Assembly: GCA_030650275.1 (NCBI GenBank)
Contig: JAUSEK010000011.1
Coordinates: forward strand, 73,890 to 137,889
Length of the DNA stretch: 64,000 bases
Reading direction: 5' to 3'
Origin: Candidatus Omnitrophota bacterium
GTDB taxonomy: Bacteria > Omnitrophota > Gorgyraeia > Zapsychrales > Fredricksoniimonadaceae
Part shown: positions 17,503-26,990 of the stretch, in pieces
Position numbering within the stretch: the first letter of the stretch is position 1
Layout of the letters: each line of letters opens with the position of its first letter
The notes under the pieces: generated by a model
What the model was told of the DNA's origin: nothing
Databases searched by the model: none
Seen by the model: the letters and a program-made list of their open reading frames with translations, nothing else
Program-made: the position numbers and the translations under genes

Positions 17503-17969
17503 TGGAGCTTTCATTTCGAGACGCGGTGTGGGAAGATGCAGAATTTCTTTTGTCATTGCGCAATGATCCTTCAGTTTGGCCCCACTGTATTCAAGCACGT
17601 CCTGTTGGCCGGAGGGAGCATCTGGAGTGGTTTAAAGACGTATTGCGGCGGGATGATGTAAGAATTTTTATTTTGTTTCAGGACCGTATTTCCATTGGGC
17701 AGGTGCGGTATGATCTTAAGCAGGAGGGGGCTTATGTCAGCATTTCCCTTTGCGCAGATCACCAAGGGCAGGGGTTTGGCGTCCAGGCGCTTAAGTTGAC
17801 GGGTCAAAAGATCTTTTCTCTAGCCAATGTGACGGCTTTAAAAGCCCTTATTAAAGAAAATAATAAGGGATCCTTGCGGTGTTTTAAAAATGCAGGCTTC
17901 TGCCGTATAGACAGAGAAAGAAATGGGAACGAATATTTTATGATCATGGAGCTTCGCAAAGCCAGTTAA
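17499..17969 (+). CDS. pseH: Small GNAT N-acetyltransferase, PseH-like
   Basis: 156 aa GNAT immediately after the synthase gene. Size and position match PseH. Confidence 0.55.
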   Translation: MMELSFRDAVWEDAEFLLSLRNDPSVWPHCIQARPVGRREHLEWFKDVLRRDDVRIFILFQDRISIGQVRYDLKQEGAYVSISLCADHQGQGFGVQALKLTGQKIFSLANVTALKALIKENNKGSLRCFKNAGFCRIDRERNGNEYFMIMELRKAS

Positions 17970-17988
17970 CCCTTCGAAGCATTAATTC

Positions 17989-18016
17989 TTGACAGGACTA
18001 CTAATTCTCTTATAAT
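17989..18016 (+). promoter_or_regulatory. Second sigma70 promoter (TTGACA, 16-17 bp spacer, TATAAT), a copy of the 6201 promoter
   Basis: cTTGACAggactactaattctctTATAATt, followed by the same GTTCAATAATTGAAC palindrome at 18020-18034. Confidence 0.55.
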
Positions 18017-18019
18017 TAT

Positions 18020-18034
18020 GTTCAATAATTGAAC
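18020..18034. promoter_or_regulatory. Second copy of palindromic candidate operator GTTCAATAATTGAAC
   Basis: Identical 15-mer to 6235-6249, in the same position relative to the -10 hexamer. Confidence 0.45.
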
Positions 18035-18085
18035 TTTAAAACCTTAACTCCTTATGCCTAAAGAAGTTTTAAACAAGCTTGAATT

Positions 18086-18715
18086 ATGTCGGAGGTGATC
18101 ATGAACACCCTGGAAGAGATATTTAAGGAAAGCGGCCTGCGGGCCGATTATTTCAGAAAATATGGTGATTATGTCCAAAAATTGATCTCCGAGATCGATG
18201 TTGAGTCACTCAAAAGGGCGGTTGACTGCTTTTTGGAAGCCAGAAAGAATGACAAAACCATTTATTTTGCCGGTAACGGGGGAAGCGCTGCCACCGCCTC
18301 TCATTTTGCTCAGGACTTAAGCGAGGTCGGCCGCAAGATCCGGGGCAAAGGTTTCAGGGCCCAAAGCATCAATGACAATTCTTCTGCCCTGACAGCCATC
18401 AGCAATGATTATGGCTATGAAGACGTGTTCTCACTGCAGATCCAATACAGTTTTAATGCCGGCGATGTTCTGGTGGTCATCTCCGCCAGCGGCAATAGCC
18501 CCAATGTGGTCAAGGCCGTAGAACTGGCGAAGGAAAGAGGAGGAAGGACCGTGGCCCTGGTGGGGTTTGATGGCGGCCGCTTGGCCCAGATCTGCGATCA
18601 CGCGGTCCATATTAAGAGCAAAAAAGGGGAATACGGCCCGGTTGAGGATGTTCATTTGATCTTAAACCATATGATCGTTTCTTACCTGATGATGGAGTTG
18701 AAGAAAGAAAGCTGA
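18086..18715 (+). CDS. gmhA: Sedoheptulose-7-phosphate isomerase (SIS domain, GmhA family)
   Basis: SIS phosphosugar-binding motifs ([20 protein letters not shown]...VISASGNS). Alternative start at 18101 preceded by GGAGG. Confidence 0.75.
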   Translation: MSEVIMNTLEEIFKESGLRADYFRKYGDYVQKLISEIDVESLKRAVDCFLEARKNDKTIYFAGNGGSAATASHFAQDLSEVGRKIRGKGFRAQSINDNSSALTAISNDYGYEDVFSLQIQYSFNAGDVLVVISASGNSPNVVKAVELAKERGGRTVALVGFDGGRLAQICDHAVHIKSKKGEYGPVEDVHLILNHMIVSYLMMELKKES

Positions 18716-19710
18716 TGAAAGAAAAGAAAATTTTAGTGACGGGTGGGGCGGGTTTTATCGGGAGCCATCTGGTTGACCGGCTGGTGGAAGAAGGCCATTC
18801 GGTCACGGTCATTGACAATTTTTCCACGGGCCGCCCCGGCAACCTCGCCCATCAAAAGAACAATGTCCGGATCATTGAAGCCGATATCACCGATTTTGAC
18901 GCCATTTTTCCTTATTTTAGGGAGCAGGAGATCGTCTTTCATTTGGCCGCTTTAGCCGACATTGTGCCTTCCATTGTCAAGCCCCGTGGATATTACGTGT
19001 CGAATGTTTTGGGGACCATGAATGTCGCCGAGGCCGCGCGCCTGGCCAAGGTCCAGAAACTCGTTTATTCCGCCTCGTCCTCCTGTTACGGCATTCCTTC
19101 CCGGGAGTTTTACCCGACCCCGGAAGGCGCTCCCATCCATCCCCAATATCCTTATGCATTGACGAAATATTTAGGGGAGCAGACCCTCCTGCATTGGGCA
19201 GGGGTGTATGGCTTGCCGGTTGTTTCCTTACGGTTGTTCAATGTGTATGGGCCGCGCTCCAGGACTTCAGGGACTTATGGCGCTGTGTTCGGGGTTTTTT
19301 TGGCTCAAAAACTTGATGGCAAACCTTATACCGTTGTCGGCGATGGGGATCAGACGCGCGATTTTATTTTTGTCACGGATGTGGCCCGCGCCATGGCGAC
19401 CGCCGCCTTTTCACCGGTCAAAAATGAAATTTTTAACGTAGGGGCCGGAAATCCCCAGAGCGTTAATACCCTGGTTTCTTTGCTCGGCGGAGAAAAAATC
19501 CACATCCCCAAACGCCCCGGCGAACCGGATTGCACCTGGGCGGATATCCGCAAGATCAAATCTGCTCTTTCCTGGGAGCCGAAAGTATCTTTTGCTCAAG
19601 GCGTGCAGGAGATCCTCAAAGACATTGATTACTGGAAAGACGCGCCGGTATGGACGCCCGCCACGATCGAGAAAGCCACAGAGGACTGGTTTAAATATCT
19701 GGTCAAGTAA
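18715..19710 (+). CDS. NAD-dependent nucleotide-sugar epimerase/dehydratase (extended SDR)
   Basis: [18 protein letters not shown]...YxxxK (YALTK) pattern. Confidence 0.7.
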   Translation: MKEKKILVTGGAGFIGSHLVDRLVEEGHSVTVIDNFSTGRPGNLAHQKNNVRIIEADITDFDAIFPYFREQEIVFHLAALADIVPSIVKPRGYYVSNVLGTMNVAEAARLAKVQKLVYSASSSCYGIPSREFYPTPEGAPIHPQYPYALTKYLGEQTLLHWAGVYGLPVVSLRLFNVYGPRSRTSGTYGAVFGVFLAQKLDGKPYTVVGDGDQTRDFIFVTDVARAMATAAFSPVKNEIFNVGAGNPQSVNTLVSLLGGEKIHIPKRPGEPDCTWADIRKIKSALSWEPKVSFAQGVQEILKDIDYWKDAPVWTPATIEKATEDWFKYLVK

Positions 19711-19712
19711 AT

Positions 19713-21245
19713 ATGGACCTCAAAATTCTAAAAAAAATACAATCACCCGCCAAGCTGGCCAAGATCGTTGAAGACCTTAAGAAAAAAGGAAAGAAGGTGG
19801 TGCTTTGCCATGGCGTGTTCGATATCATCCATTTAGGGCATATACGCCATTTTAATCAGGCCAAGGAGCAGGGGGATGTTTTGATCACCACTCTGACCCA
19901 AGACAAATATGTCAAACGCGGGCCCGGCCGTCCGTATTTTACCGGCCGCTTGCGCGCCGAGACGCTGGCGTCTCTGGCCATGACGGACTATGTGTCCATC
20001 GTGGATGCCCCCACCGCGACGGATTTTATCCGCAAGGTGCGTCCCGATGTTTATGCCAAAGGCCCCGACTACAAGGCCAAGGACAAGGATGTGACCGGCA
20101 AGATCTTTGAAGAGGAAGAAGCTATCAAGGCCGTGGGCGGAAGGCTGTTTCTCACCGACGATATCACCTTCAGTTCCTCAAAGCTCATCAATGATTATCT
20201 GGATGCCTATCCTCCACGGACCGTGAAATACCTTAAGGCCATCAACAAGCGCTATAACATTGATTACATCGTCGGATCATTGGAGGCTTTAAAGAAATTA
20301 AAAGTGCTGGTGGTCGGTGACACCATCATGGATGAATATCATTACTGTTCGCCTCTAGGTAAGTCTTCCAAAGAACATTTGGTGGTCAACCGCTATGAAT
20401 CCAGGGAAATGTTCGCCGGCGGTGCTCTGGCGACGGCGAATAATGCGGCGAGCGTCTGCGGACAGGTGGATTTGGTGACGATCCTGGGCGCCAAGAGATC
20501 TTACAAGGATTTTATCGGATCGCATTTAAGCCCCAACGTCAAGCCAACTTTTTTCACCCGTCCGGATACCGGCACAATTGTCAAAAGAAGGTATGTTAAC
20601 AAGATCCAGAACCGCAAGCTATTCGAGATCTGTTTTATCGATGATTCCGATATCGCCGGCCGGGAAGAAGAAAAGGTCCTCAAGCATCTCAATAAGGTGA
20701 TCAAAAATTATGATCTGGTCATCATTTCCGATTATGGGCATGGATTTCTCACCAAGCGGATCCGCGACTTGATCTGTGTCAAGGCCAAGTATTTGGCCCT
20801 GAATGTTCAGACCAACAGCGCCAATATCGGGTTTAATCTGATCACCAAATACCGTCGGGCCAACTGCGTATGCGTGGATGAATTGGAATTACGCTATGCC
20901 ACTCACGACCGGGTCAGCGATCTGAGGACCCATGCCAAAAAGGTTTACCAGCAGATGCATTGCGAACACATCATCGCGACCCGCGGATCTTCCGGGTCCC
21001 TGTGTTATTCCAAGAAAAAAGGTTTTCATGAAACGCCGGCTTTTTCCAGCCGCGTGGTCGATGCCATCGGCGCGGGAGATGCTTTTTTCGCGTTCATCGC
21101 ACCCTGTTTTGCGGCACGCTTGCCCCAGGAAGTCGTTTCTTTTATCGGGAACGCCGTCGGATCCTTGGCGGTCCAGATCGTTTGTAACCGTGAACCGGTC
21201 AATGCGATCGACCTTATTAAATTCATCACAAGATTATTAAAATAA
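19713..21245 (+). CDS. Bifunctional heptose-phosphate nucleotidyltransferase/kinase, HldE-like but with permuted domain order (N-terminal cytidylyltransferase-like, C-terminal PfkB kinase)
   Basis: N-terminal CHGVFDIIHLGHIRHF (HxGH nucleotidyltransferase motif, RfaE domain II-like). C-terminal PfkB signature DAIGAGDAF. E. coli HldE has the kinase first. Confidence 0.65.
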   Translation: MDLKILKKIQSPAKLAKIVEDLKKKGKKVVLCHGVFDIIHLGHIRHFNQAKEQGDVLITTLTQDKYVKRGPGRPYFTGRLRAETLASLAMTDYVSIVDAPTATDFIRKVRPDVYAKGPDYKAKDKDVTGKIFEEEEAIKAVGGRLFLTDDITFSSSKLINDYLDAYPPRTVKYLKAINKRYNIDYIVGSLEALKKLKVLVVGDTIMDEYHYCSPLGKSSKEHLVVNRYESREMFAGGALATANNAASVCGQVDLVTILGAKRSYKDFIGSHLSPNVKPTFFTRPDTGTIVKRRYVNKIQNRKLFEICFIDDSDIAGREEEKVLKHLNKVIKNYDLVIISDYGHGFLTKRIRDLICVKAKYLALNVQTNSANIGFNLITKYRRANCVCVDELELRYATHDRVSDLRTHAKKVYQQMHCEHIIATRGSSGSLCYSKKKGFHETPAFSSRVVDAIGAGDAFFAFIAPCFAARLPQEVVSFIGNAVGSLAVQIVCNREPVNAIDLIKFITRLLK

Positions 21246-21258
21246 GAAAGGGTATTTT

Positions 21259-22284
21259 ATGGGCAAAGTGAACACTGTTCTGGTGACCGGCGGGGCGGGA
21301 TATGTCGGCGCGATCCTTATCCCGAAGTTATTGGAGAAAGGTTACCGGGTCAAAGTCCTGGATCTCTACACTTACGGAACGGATGTTTTCGACGGGATTA
21401 AGGATAAATCACGCTTAGAAGAGATCAAGGGCGACATTTGCGATACAGATTTGCTTAAGAAAAGTTTGGTTGGCGTTGAAGCCGTCATCCATTTGGCCTG
21501 TATTTCCAATGACCCGACCTTTGAATTGAATCCCGCGTTAAGCCGCAAGGTGAATTACGATGCCTTTGAACCCCTGGTGCGGACAGCCAAAGAAAGCGGG
21601 GTGCGCCGGTTTGTTTATGCTTCGACCTGCAGTGTTTACGGTGTCAGCGACGCCGAGAATGTTACCGAAGATCATCCGCTTTTGCCCGTCACTGATTACA
21701 ACAAGTATAAAGGATTATGTGAGCCCATTCTCTGGAAATACCGATCGCCGGGATTTACGGCCACGACCATCCGGCCGGCCACGGTTTGCGGGTATTCTCC
21801 CCGGCAGAGGTTTGACCTGACCGTCAATATTTTGACCAATCACGCGTATAACAACAATCATATCATCGTTTTTGGCGGTCAGCAGGAGCGTCCGAATCTG
21901 CACATTGAAGACATGACGGACCTGTATTGTTTACTTTTGGAATTGCCGGATGAAAAGATCGCGGGCAAAACCTACAACGCCGGTTATCAGAACCGTTCGG
22001 TCGCTGATATCGCCGAGATCGTTCGCCGGGTCATGGCTGAGGAATTGCCGGAGCGCCCCCCGATCACTGTGGAAACGCGGCCGTCCGACGACATCCGTTC
22101 CTACCGTATTTCTTCGGAAAAGATCAAACGCGAATTGAATTTTGTCCCCAAGCACACCATTGAAGATGCCGTGCGGGATCTCATCAGGGCCTTTAAAGCC
22201 GGGAAGTTCCAGGACCCCTTGAATAATATCCGGTATTTCAATATTAAGACGCTCAAATCGACGGAGCCCCAATGCGCTGTTTGA
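21259..22284 (+). CDS. NAD-dependent nucleotide-sugar epimerase/dehydratase
   Basis: VLVTGGAGYVGAIL...YxxxK (YNKYK) extended SDR pattern. Confidence 0.7.
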   Translation: MGKVNTVLVTGGAGYVGAILIPKLLEKGYRVKVLDLYTYGTDVFDGIKDKSRLEEIKGDICDTDLLKKSLVGVEAVIHLACISNDPTFELNPALSRKVNYDAFEPLVRTAKESGVRRFVYASTCSVYGVSDAENVTEDHPLLPVTDYNKYKGLCEPILWKYRSPGFTATTIRPATVCGYSPRQRFDLTVNILTNHAYNNNHIIVFGGQQERPNLHIEDMTDLYCLLLELPDEKIAGKTYNAGYQNRSVADIAEIVRRVMAEELPERPPITVETRPSDDIRSYRISSEKIKRELNFVPKHTIEDAVRDLIRAFKAGKFQDPLNNIRYFNIKTLKSTEPQCAV

Positions 22285-23387
22285 TGAATATCCCTTATGT
22301 GGATTTGGCCGAACAGCACGCTCCCCTCAAAGAGAAATTGCTGGAAGCGGTCAGCAGGGTCTTGGATCACGGGAAGTTTGTTTTAGGCGAAGAGGTGGCC
22401 GAATTTGAACGGCGTTTTGCAAAATTGTGTGGCGTGCAATATGCAGCGGCGCTCAATTCCGGGACAGATGCGCTTATTCTGGCTTTGCGGACGCTGGGGG
22501 TCACAGCCGGGGATGAGGTCATCACCGTTTCCAATTCTTTTGTGTCCTCGACGAGCTGTATTGTTTGCGCGGGAGCCAAGCCGGTTTTTGTGGATGTGGG
22601 AGAAGATTATCTGATGGATCCGGCTTTGATCGAAAAATCCATCACGCCGCGGACCAAAGCGATCTTACCGGTGCATTGGACCGGCCGCCCGGCGGACATG
22701 AAAGCGGTCATGGCCATCGCGAAGAAACATAACCTGCCCGTGATCGAGGATTGCGCGCAGGCCGTGAGCGCCGAACTCAACGGACAAAAGGTGGGCTCTT
22801 TTGGCGATGCCGGGTGTTTCAGTCTTCACCCTCTGAAAACCCTCAACGCCTGCGGTGATGGGGGTATTTTGACAACCAACGATCAAGAGACGTATGACAA
22901 GATCCTGGCCTTGCGTGATAACGGATTTTACCGGCGCCATGAATGCATTTACTGGAGCAATAATTCCCGGCTTGACACCATTCACGCGGCCATGCTTTTG
23001 GTGAAACTGGATCATCTGGAAGACTGGACAGAGGCCCGCCGCGCCAACGCGCATTTTTATCAAAAACATTTGGCCGGTTTATCGGCGGTTCAGGCGCCCA
23101 TTGCAGAAGAAAATATGCGCGCGGTTTACCACACCTTTATCATCCAGGCGGACCGCCGGGATGAACTTCAGGCCTTTTTAGCGGATAAGGGAGTGGGGAC
23201 CAAGGTGCATTACGCGGTGCCGATCCATCTTCAGCGGGCTGCCAAGGAGTTGAAATACAAAAAGGGCAGCTTGCCGGTGACCGAAGGGCAGGCCGAGCGG
23301 GTTTTAAGTCTGCCGGTTTCCCAGTCGCTTCAGCCGGACATGCTCGAGTATGTCGTTAACGCCGTTAAAGATTTTTATAAACGATAA
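22284..23387 (+). CDS. DegT/DnrJ/EryC1/StrS family sugar aminotransferase (PLP)
   Basis: NSGTDALILAL...ITVSNSFVSST...SLHPLKTLNACGDGG pattern. Start overlaps the upstream stop (ATGA). Confidence 0.8.
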   Translation: MNIPYVDLAEQHAPLKEKLLEAVSRVLDHGKFVLGEEVAEFERRFAKLCGVQYAAALNSGTDALILALRTLGVTAGDEVITVSNSFVSSTSCIVCAGAKPVFVDVGEDYLMDPALIEKSITPRTKAILPVHWTGRPADMKAVMAIAKKHNLPVIEDCAQAVSAELNGQKVGSFGDAGCFSLHPLKTLNACGDGGILTTNDQETYDKILALRDNGFYRRHECIYWSNNSRLDTIHAAMLLVKLDHLEDWTEARRANAHFYQKHLAGLSAVQAPIAEENMRAVYHTFIIQADRRDELQAFLADKGVGTKVHYAVPIHLQRAAKELKYKKGSLPVTEGQAERVLSLPVSQSLQPDMLEYVVNAVKDFYKR

Positions 23388-23395
23388 GGATCATT

Positions 23396-24544
23396 ATGAA
23401 CGTACCGTATTCTTACTTGGATGAACAATTCGCGCAGATCGATGACTATCTGGAGGATGTCCGTAAGCTTGTTCAAAGTGGAGATTTTACCCTCGGCAAA
23501 CCCGTGACGGAATTCGAAGAGCGATTTGCTGAATTATGCAACCTCCCGCACGCGATCGGTGTCGGTTCCGGAACGGATGCGCTCATTCTTTCTTTAAAGA
23601 TCATTGGCGTTGGGCCGGGAGATGAGGTCATTACGACCCCTAATACCTTTATTTCGACGGTTGGCGCGATCGTCATGGTGGGCGCCAAGCCGGTCTTTGT
23701 CGATAATAACGATGAATACACGATCGACGTGGACAAGATCGAGCAGGCGATCACCCAAAAAACCAAAGCACTTTTGCCGGTTCATTTGACCGGATGTCCG
23801 GCGGACATGCCGCGGATCATGGCCATCGCCAAGAAACATAAGCTGTTGGTCGTCGAAGACGCGGCCCAGGCGATCCTGGCTAAGATCGACGGTAAACATG
23901 TGGGCTTCTGGGGAGAAACCGCCTGTTTTAGTTTGCATCCTTTGAAAAATTTGAATGTTTGGGGCGATGGCGGCGTGATCGTGACCCGTTGTGCAGAATT
24001 GGATCGAAAATTAAAACTTTTTCGCAACCACGGCATGACCACCCGTGATGAGATCGAGATGTTTGCGCACAATTCCCGTCTGGATTCACTTCAGGCGGTG
24101 ATCGGCAATCGTTTGATCAACGAGGTTGAGGACATCACCCAAAAGCGCATTGCCAATGCCCGGCAGTATGACGAGGCGTTCAAGGACCTGAAAGAATCCA
24201 TCACGGTCCCCAAGCGCCGGCCCAATGTTCAACAGGTTTATCACACTTATGTGCTGCGCGTCAAAGATCGCGATGTGCTTTTGGAGCATCTGATCAAGCG
24301 TGGCATTAAGGCCAAGGTCCATTATCCGATCCCGGTCCATTTGCAAAAAGCAGCCGCGTATCTTGGATATAAGAAAGGCGATTTCCCGGTGTGCGAAGCG
24401 GATGCCAAGAGGATCCTCAGCCTGCCGGTCCATCAGTATCTGAGCCCTGAGCAAATGGCCTATGTGATCGATGCTGTGCGGGACTTTTATCGCAAGGGCG
24501 CCCCGGGGAGCGCGAAAGAAGATGCATTTTATTCTCGGCGTTGA
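23396..24544 (+). CDS. DegT/DnrJ/EryC1/StrS family sugar aminotransferase, tandem paralog
   Basis: GSGTDALILSL...ITTPNTFISTV...SLHPLKNLNVWGDGG. Clear paralog of the upstream gene. Confidence 0.8.
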   Translation: MNVPYSYLDEQFAQIDDYLEDVRKLVQSGDFTLGKPVTEFEERFAELCNLPHAIGVGSGTDALILSLKIIGVGPGDEVITTPNTFISTVGAIVMVGAKPVFVDNNDEYTIDVDKIEQAITQKTKALLPVHLTGCPADMPRIMAIAKKHKLLVVEDAAQAILAKIDGKHVGFWGETACFSLHPLKNLNVWGDGGVIVTRCAELDRKLKLFRNHGMTTRDEIEMFAHNSRLDSLQAVIGNRLINEVEDITQKRIANARQYDEAFKDLKESITVPKRRPNVQQVYHTYVLRVKDRDVLLEHLIKRGIKAKVHYPIPVHLQKAAAYLGYKKGDFPVCEADAKRILSLPVHQYLSPEQMAYVIDAVRDFYRKGAPGSAKEDAFYSRR

Positions 24545-25145
24545 TTTTGACAACACGCTGGTGAATTACGACGATGTTTTTTTGAAAACAGCCCGGCAGA
24601 TGGGATTGATCGAGAACGGCGCCGTCCGGCATAAAAAGAATATACGGGATGCGGTCCGTCAGCTGCCCGATGGAGAAACCAAATGGCAGCAAGTCCAGGC
24701 GCACGTGTATGGTAAGGCGATGGATGAAGCTGTTCTGATCAGCGGTGTCGGAAGATTTTTAAAGGCCTGCCGGTCTGCCGGTCTGCCGGTGTACATTGTC
24801 AGCCATAAAACCCGATTTGCCGCGCAAGATACCGACAGGATCGATTTGCGGCAAGCAGCCTTGGATTGGATGAAGCAAAAAGGGTTTTTTGATTTCCAGG
24901 GCTTTGGATTCTCGACCGATCAGGTTTTTTTTGAATCGACGCGCCAGGATAAGGTTGGGCGGATCAAACAATTGAACTGCACGCATTTTATTGATGACCT
25001 GGAGGAAACATTTTTAGAAAAGTCGTTTCCTGAACAAACCGCCAGGATCCTTTATTCCTCACAGGGGGAAGGTCCTCGCGGGGATATGAAGGTCCTGCAT
25101 GACTGGAAAGAGATCTATGACCACTTCTTTAGTAATGGAAGATAG
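24522..25145 (+). CDS. HAD-superfamily phosphatase (candidate heptose bisphosphate phosphatase, GmhB-like role)
   Basis: HAD motif I DxDxT (GVDFDNTLV) near the N-terminus. Contains an in-frame 3x CTGCCGGT tandem repeat at 24767-24790. Confidence 0.5.
   Translation: MHFILGVDFDNTLVNYDDVFLKTARQMGLIENGAVRHKKNIRDAVRQLPDGETKWQQVQAHVYGKAMDEAVLISGVGRFLKACRSAGLPVYIVSHKTRFAAQDTDRIDLRQAALDWMKQKGFFDFQGFGFSTDQVFFESTRQDKVGRIKQLNCTHFIDDLEETFLEKSFPEQTARILYSSQGEGPRGDMKVLHDWKEIYDHFFSNGR
24767..24790 (+). repeat. Perfect tandem repeat (CTGCCGGT)x3 inside the HAD phosphatase ORF
   Basis: Read directly: ctgccggtctgccggtctgccggt, 24 nt, in frame as present. Confidence 0.9.
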
Positions 25146-26187
25146 CCGGACCATTGCGCAAGTCGAGGATCTGGCCGCGAAAATGCTCAAACGCGTTGGT
25201 GTACGCGCGAAGCGTTTGGATCGCGGGAGAAACAGCCAAGTTTTCGTTCTGGAATCCGGTGGAGAAACCCCAAGGCACGTCGTGAAATTTTATTTTCGTC
25301 ATCCGGCCGACCCGCGGGACCGCCTGGAAACCGAGTTTACCAGCTTTTCGTTTTTATGGGGACAGGGCATCGCCAGCATCCCGCGTCCCGTTGCCGTCAA
25401 TCGGGAAGGATCCTGCGCGATCTATGAATTGATCGAAGGCGATAAGATTTTACCGGCAGATATCACGACGGAAGACATCAAATACGCCGTGAATTTTCTG
25501 GCAGATCTAAAGAGGCTGAACAATACCGCGCGTTCTTCCCCTATCGCGCCTGCCTCCGACGCGTGTTTTTCGATCTCAGCGATTGTTGCGGGCATTGAAA
25601 GGCGATTGGACCGGCTGACAAAGATCAGGCCCAAAGGGCAGGAGTATGAGGAGTTGGGGTCTTTTTTACGGGAAGATTTCAAACCGTTTCTGGGCATTTT
25701 AACCCAGTGGGCCAAAGAACAATGTTCCAGGAAACGCATTTTTTTTGATTCTGAAGTTTCTTGGGAAGAAAGGACTTTAAGTCCGTCGGATTTCGGGTTT
25801 CACAATGCCATTCGCGCGCGGGATCAACGCATTGTTTTTCTGGATTTTGAATATTTCGGCTGGGATGATCCCTCGAAGATGGTCGTTGATTTTTTATTGC
25901 ATCCCGCAATGAGTTTGAGTGAATCGATGAAAAAATGTTTTGCGCGGGGAATGCTTGATGTTTTTAAGGAAAATGAAAGGTTGATCGACAGGATCAGGGT
26001 GGTTTATCCGTTACATGGCTTAAAATGGTGCGCGATACTGCTCAATGAATTTATTCCAAACGATTTTTCCCGCCGGTCTTTTGCCGCGGGGAATCCATTG
26101 GACCCAAGCCAGGTGCGAAGACAACAATTGTTAAAGGCCAAGGGCCTGTACCGAACGATCAAAGAAACCTACCAACAGAACATATGA
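25117..26187 (+). CDS. Aminoglycoside phosphotransferase/choline-kinase-like (APH fold) small-molecule kinase, putative sugar kinase
   Basis: Brenner-like motif FHNAIRARDQRIVFLDFEYFGWDDP (catalytic HxD...D pattern of the APH/ChoK family). Start is ambiguous (25099, 25117 or 25135). Confidence 0.55.
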   Translation: MTTSLVMEDSRTIAQVEDLAAKMLKRVGVRAKRLDRGRNSQVFVLESGGETPRHVVKFYFRHPADPRDRLETEFTSFSFLWGQGIASIPRPVAVNREGSCAIYELIEGDKILPADITTEDIKYAVNFLADLKRLNNTARSSPIAPASDACFSISAIVAGIERRLDRLTKIRPKGQEYEELGSFLREDFKPFLGILTQWAKEQCSRKRIFFDSEVSWEERTLSPSDFGFHNAIRARDQRIVFLDFEYFGWDDPSKMVVDFLLHPAMSLSESMKKCFARGMLDVFKENERLIDRIRVVYPLHGLKWCAILLNEFIPNDFSRRSFAAGNPLDPSQVRRQQLLKAKGLYRTIKETYQQNI

Positions 26188-26990
26188 AACTGGACCAACG
26201 ATCGAAATATTTACGCTGTAGGATCATTGAAACGCTCAACGCCACCCGCCGCGGGCACGTCGGCGCGGCGTTGTCTTTAGTGGAAATTTTAAGAGCGCTT
26301 TATGACGATGTGCTCCGTTATGATGTCAAAAATCCCAAATGGGAAGAGCGCGACCGCTGTATTTTAAGCAAAGGCCATGGATGCCTGGCTTTGTATGTGG
26401 TTCTGCAGGACAAAGGATTTTTTCCGGAAGAAGAACTGTGGAGGTTTTGCGAGGCCGACGGGCTTTTGGGCGGGCATCCTGAGGTCAAAGTGCCCGGAGT
26501 GGAGGCCTCGACCGGAAGCCTGGGGCACGGATTACCGATCGGGATCGGTTTTGCTTTGAACGCCAGGCACGAGAAGGCCAGTCATCGCATTTTTGTGATC
26601 CTGGGTGACGGCGAATGCAATGAAGGATCGGTCTGGGAAGCGGCCCTTTGCGCCGGCAAACATAAATTGAGCAATTTAACGGTCATTGTTGATTACAACC
26701 AATATCAATCTTACGGCCCGATGCGCGAGGTCCAGAATTTGGAACCATTTGCCAAGAAGTGGGAGGCGTTTGGTTTTGCTGTCAAGGAAGTGAATGGTCA
26801 TGATGTTGCGGCGTTACGCGATGCGTTTTCCGCTTTGCCGCCCGACAACGAAAAGCCGACGGCGATCATCTGCCACACGCTCAAGGGCAAGGGCATGAAA
26901 TGCACGGAAGGCAATTTGAAATGGCATCACAAAAGCGGGATCAAGGACGAAGAGATCCGCCAGCTTTTAGACGAAGCGGAGGCATACTGA
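26184..26990 (+). CDS. Transketolase, N-terminal (TPP-binding) subunit of a split transketolase
   Basis: GHVGAALSLVEIL...LSKGHG...GSLGHGLPIGIG...ILGDGECNEG motifs. Confidence 0.8.
   Translation: MKLDQRSKYLRCRIIETLNATRRGHVGAALSLVEILRALYDDVLRYDVKNPKWEERDRCILSKGHGCLALYVVLQDKGFFPEEELWRFCEADGLLGGHPEVKVPGVEASTGSLGHGLPIGIGFALNARHEKASHRIFVILGDGECNEGSVWEAALCAGKHKLSNLTVIVDYNQYQSYGPMREVQNLEPFAKKWEAFGFAVKEVNGHDVAALRDAFSALPPDNEKPTAIICHTLKGKGMKCTEGNLKWHHKSGIKDEEIRQLLDEAEAY

Larger units (their letters stand above)
17986..18085 (+). repeat. Copy 2 of the duplicated promoter/operator/leader segment; includes a degenerate copy of the regulator's first codons ([14 protein letters not shown], 18054-18098)
   Basis: Alignment with 6198-6300. 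The short ORF retains the MPKE(L/V)LN start of the 6263 regulator but terminates after 14 codons. Confidence 0.65.

Noticed and set aside
17970-17985. Possible terminator after the PseH-like gene (palindrome CTTCGAAG at 17972-17979)
   Set aside because: Only an 8-bp palindrome with no loop and no following T-tract. Too weak for an intrinsic terminator, so read-through into the downstream promoter region is possible.
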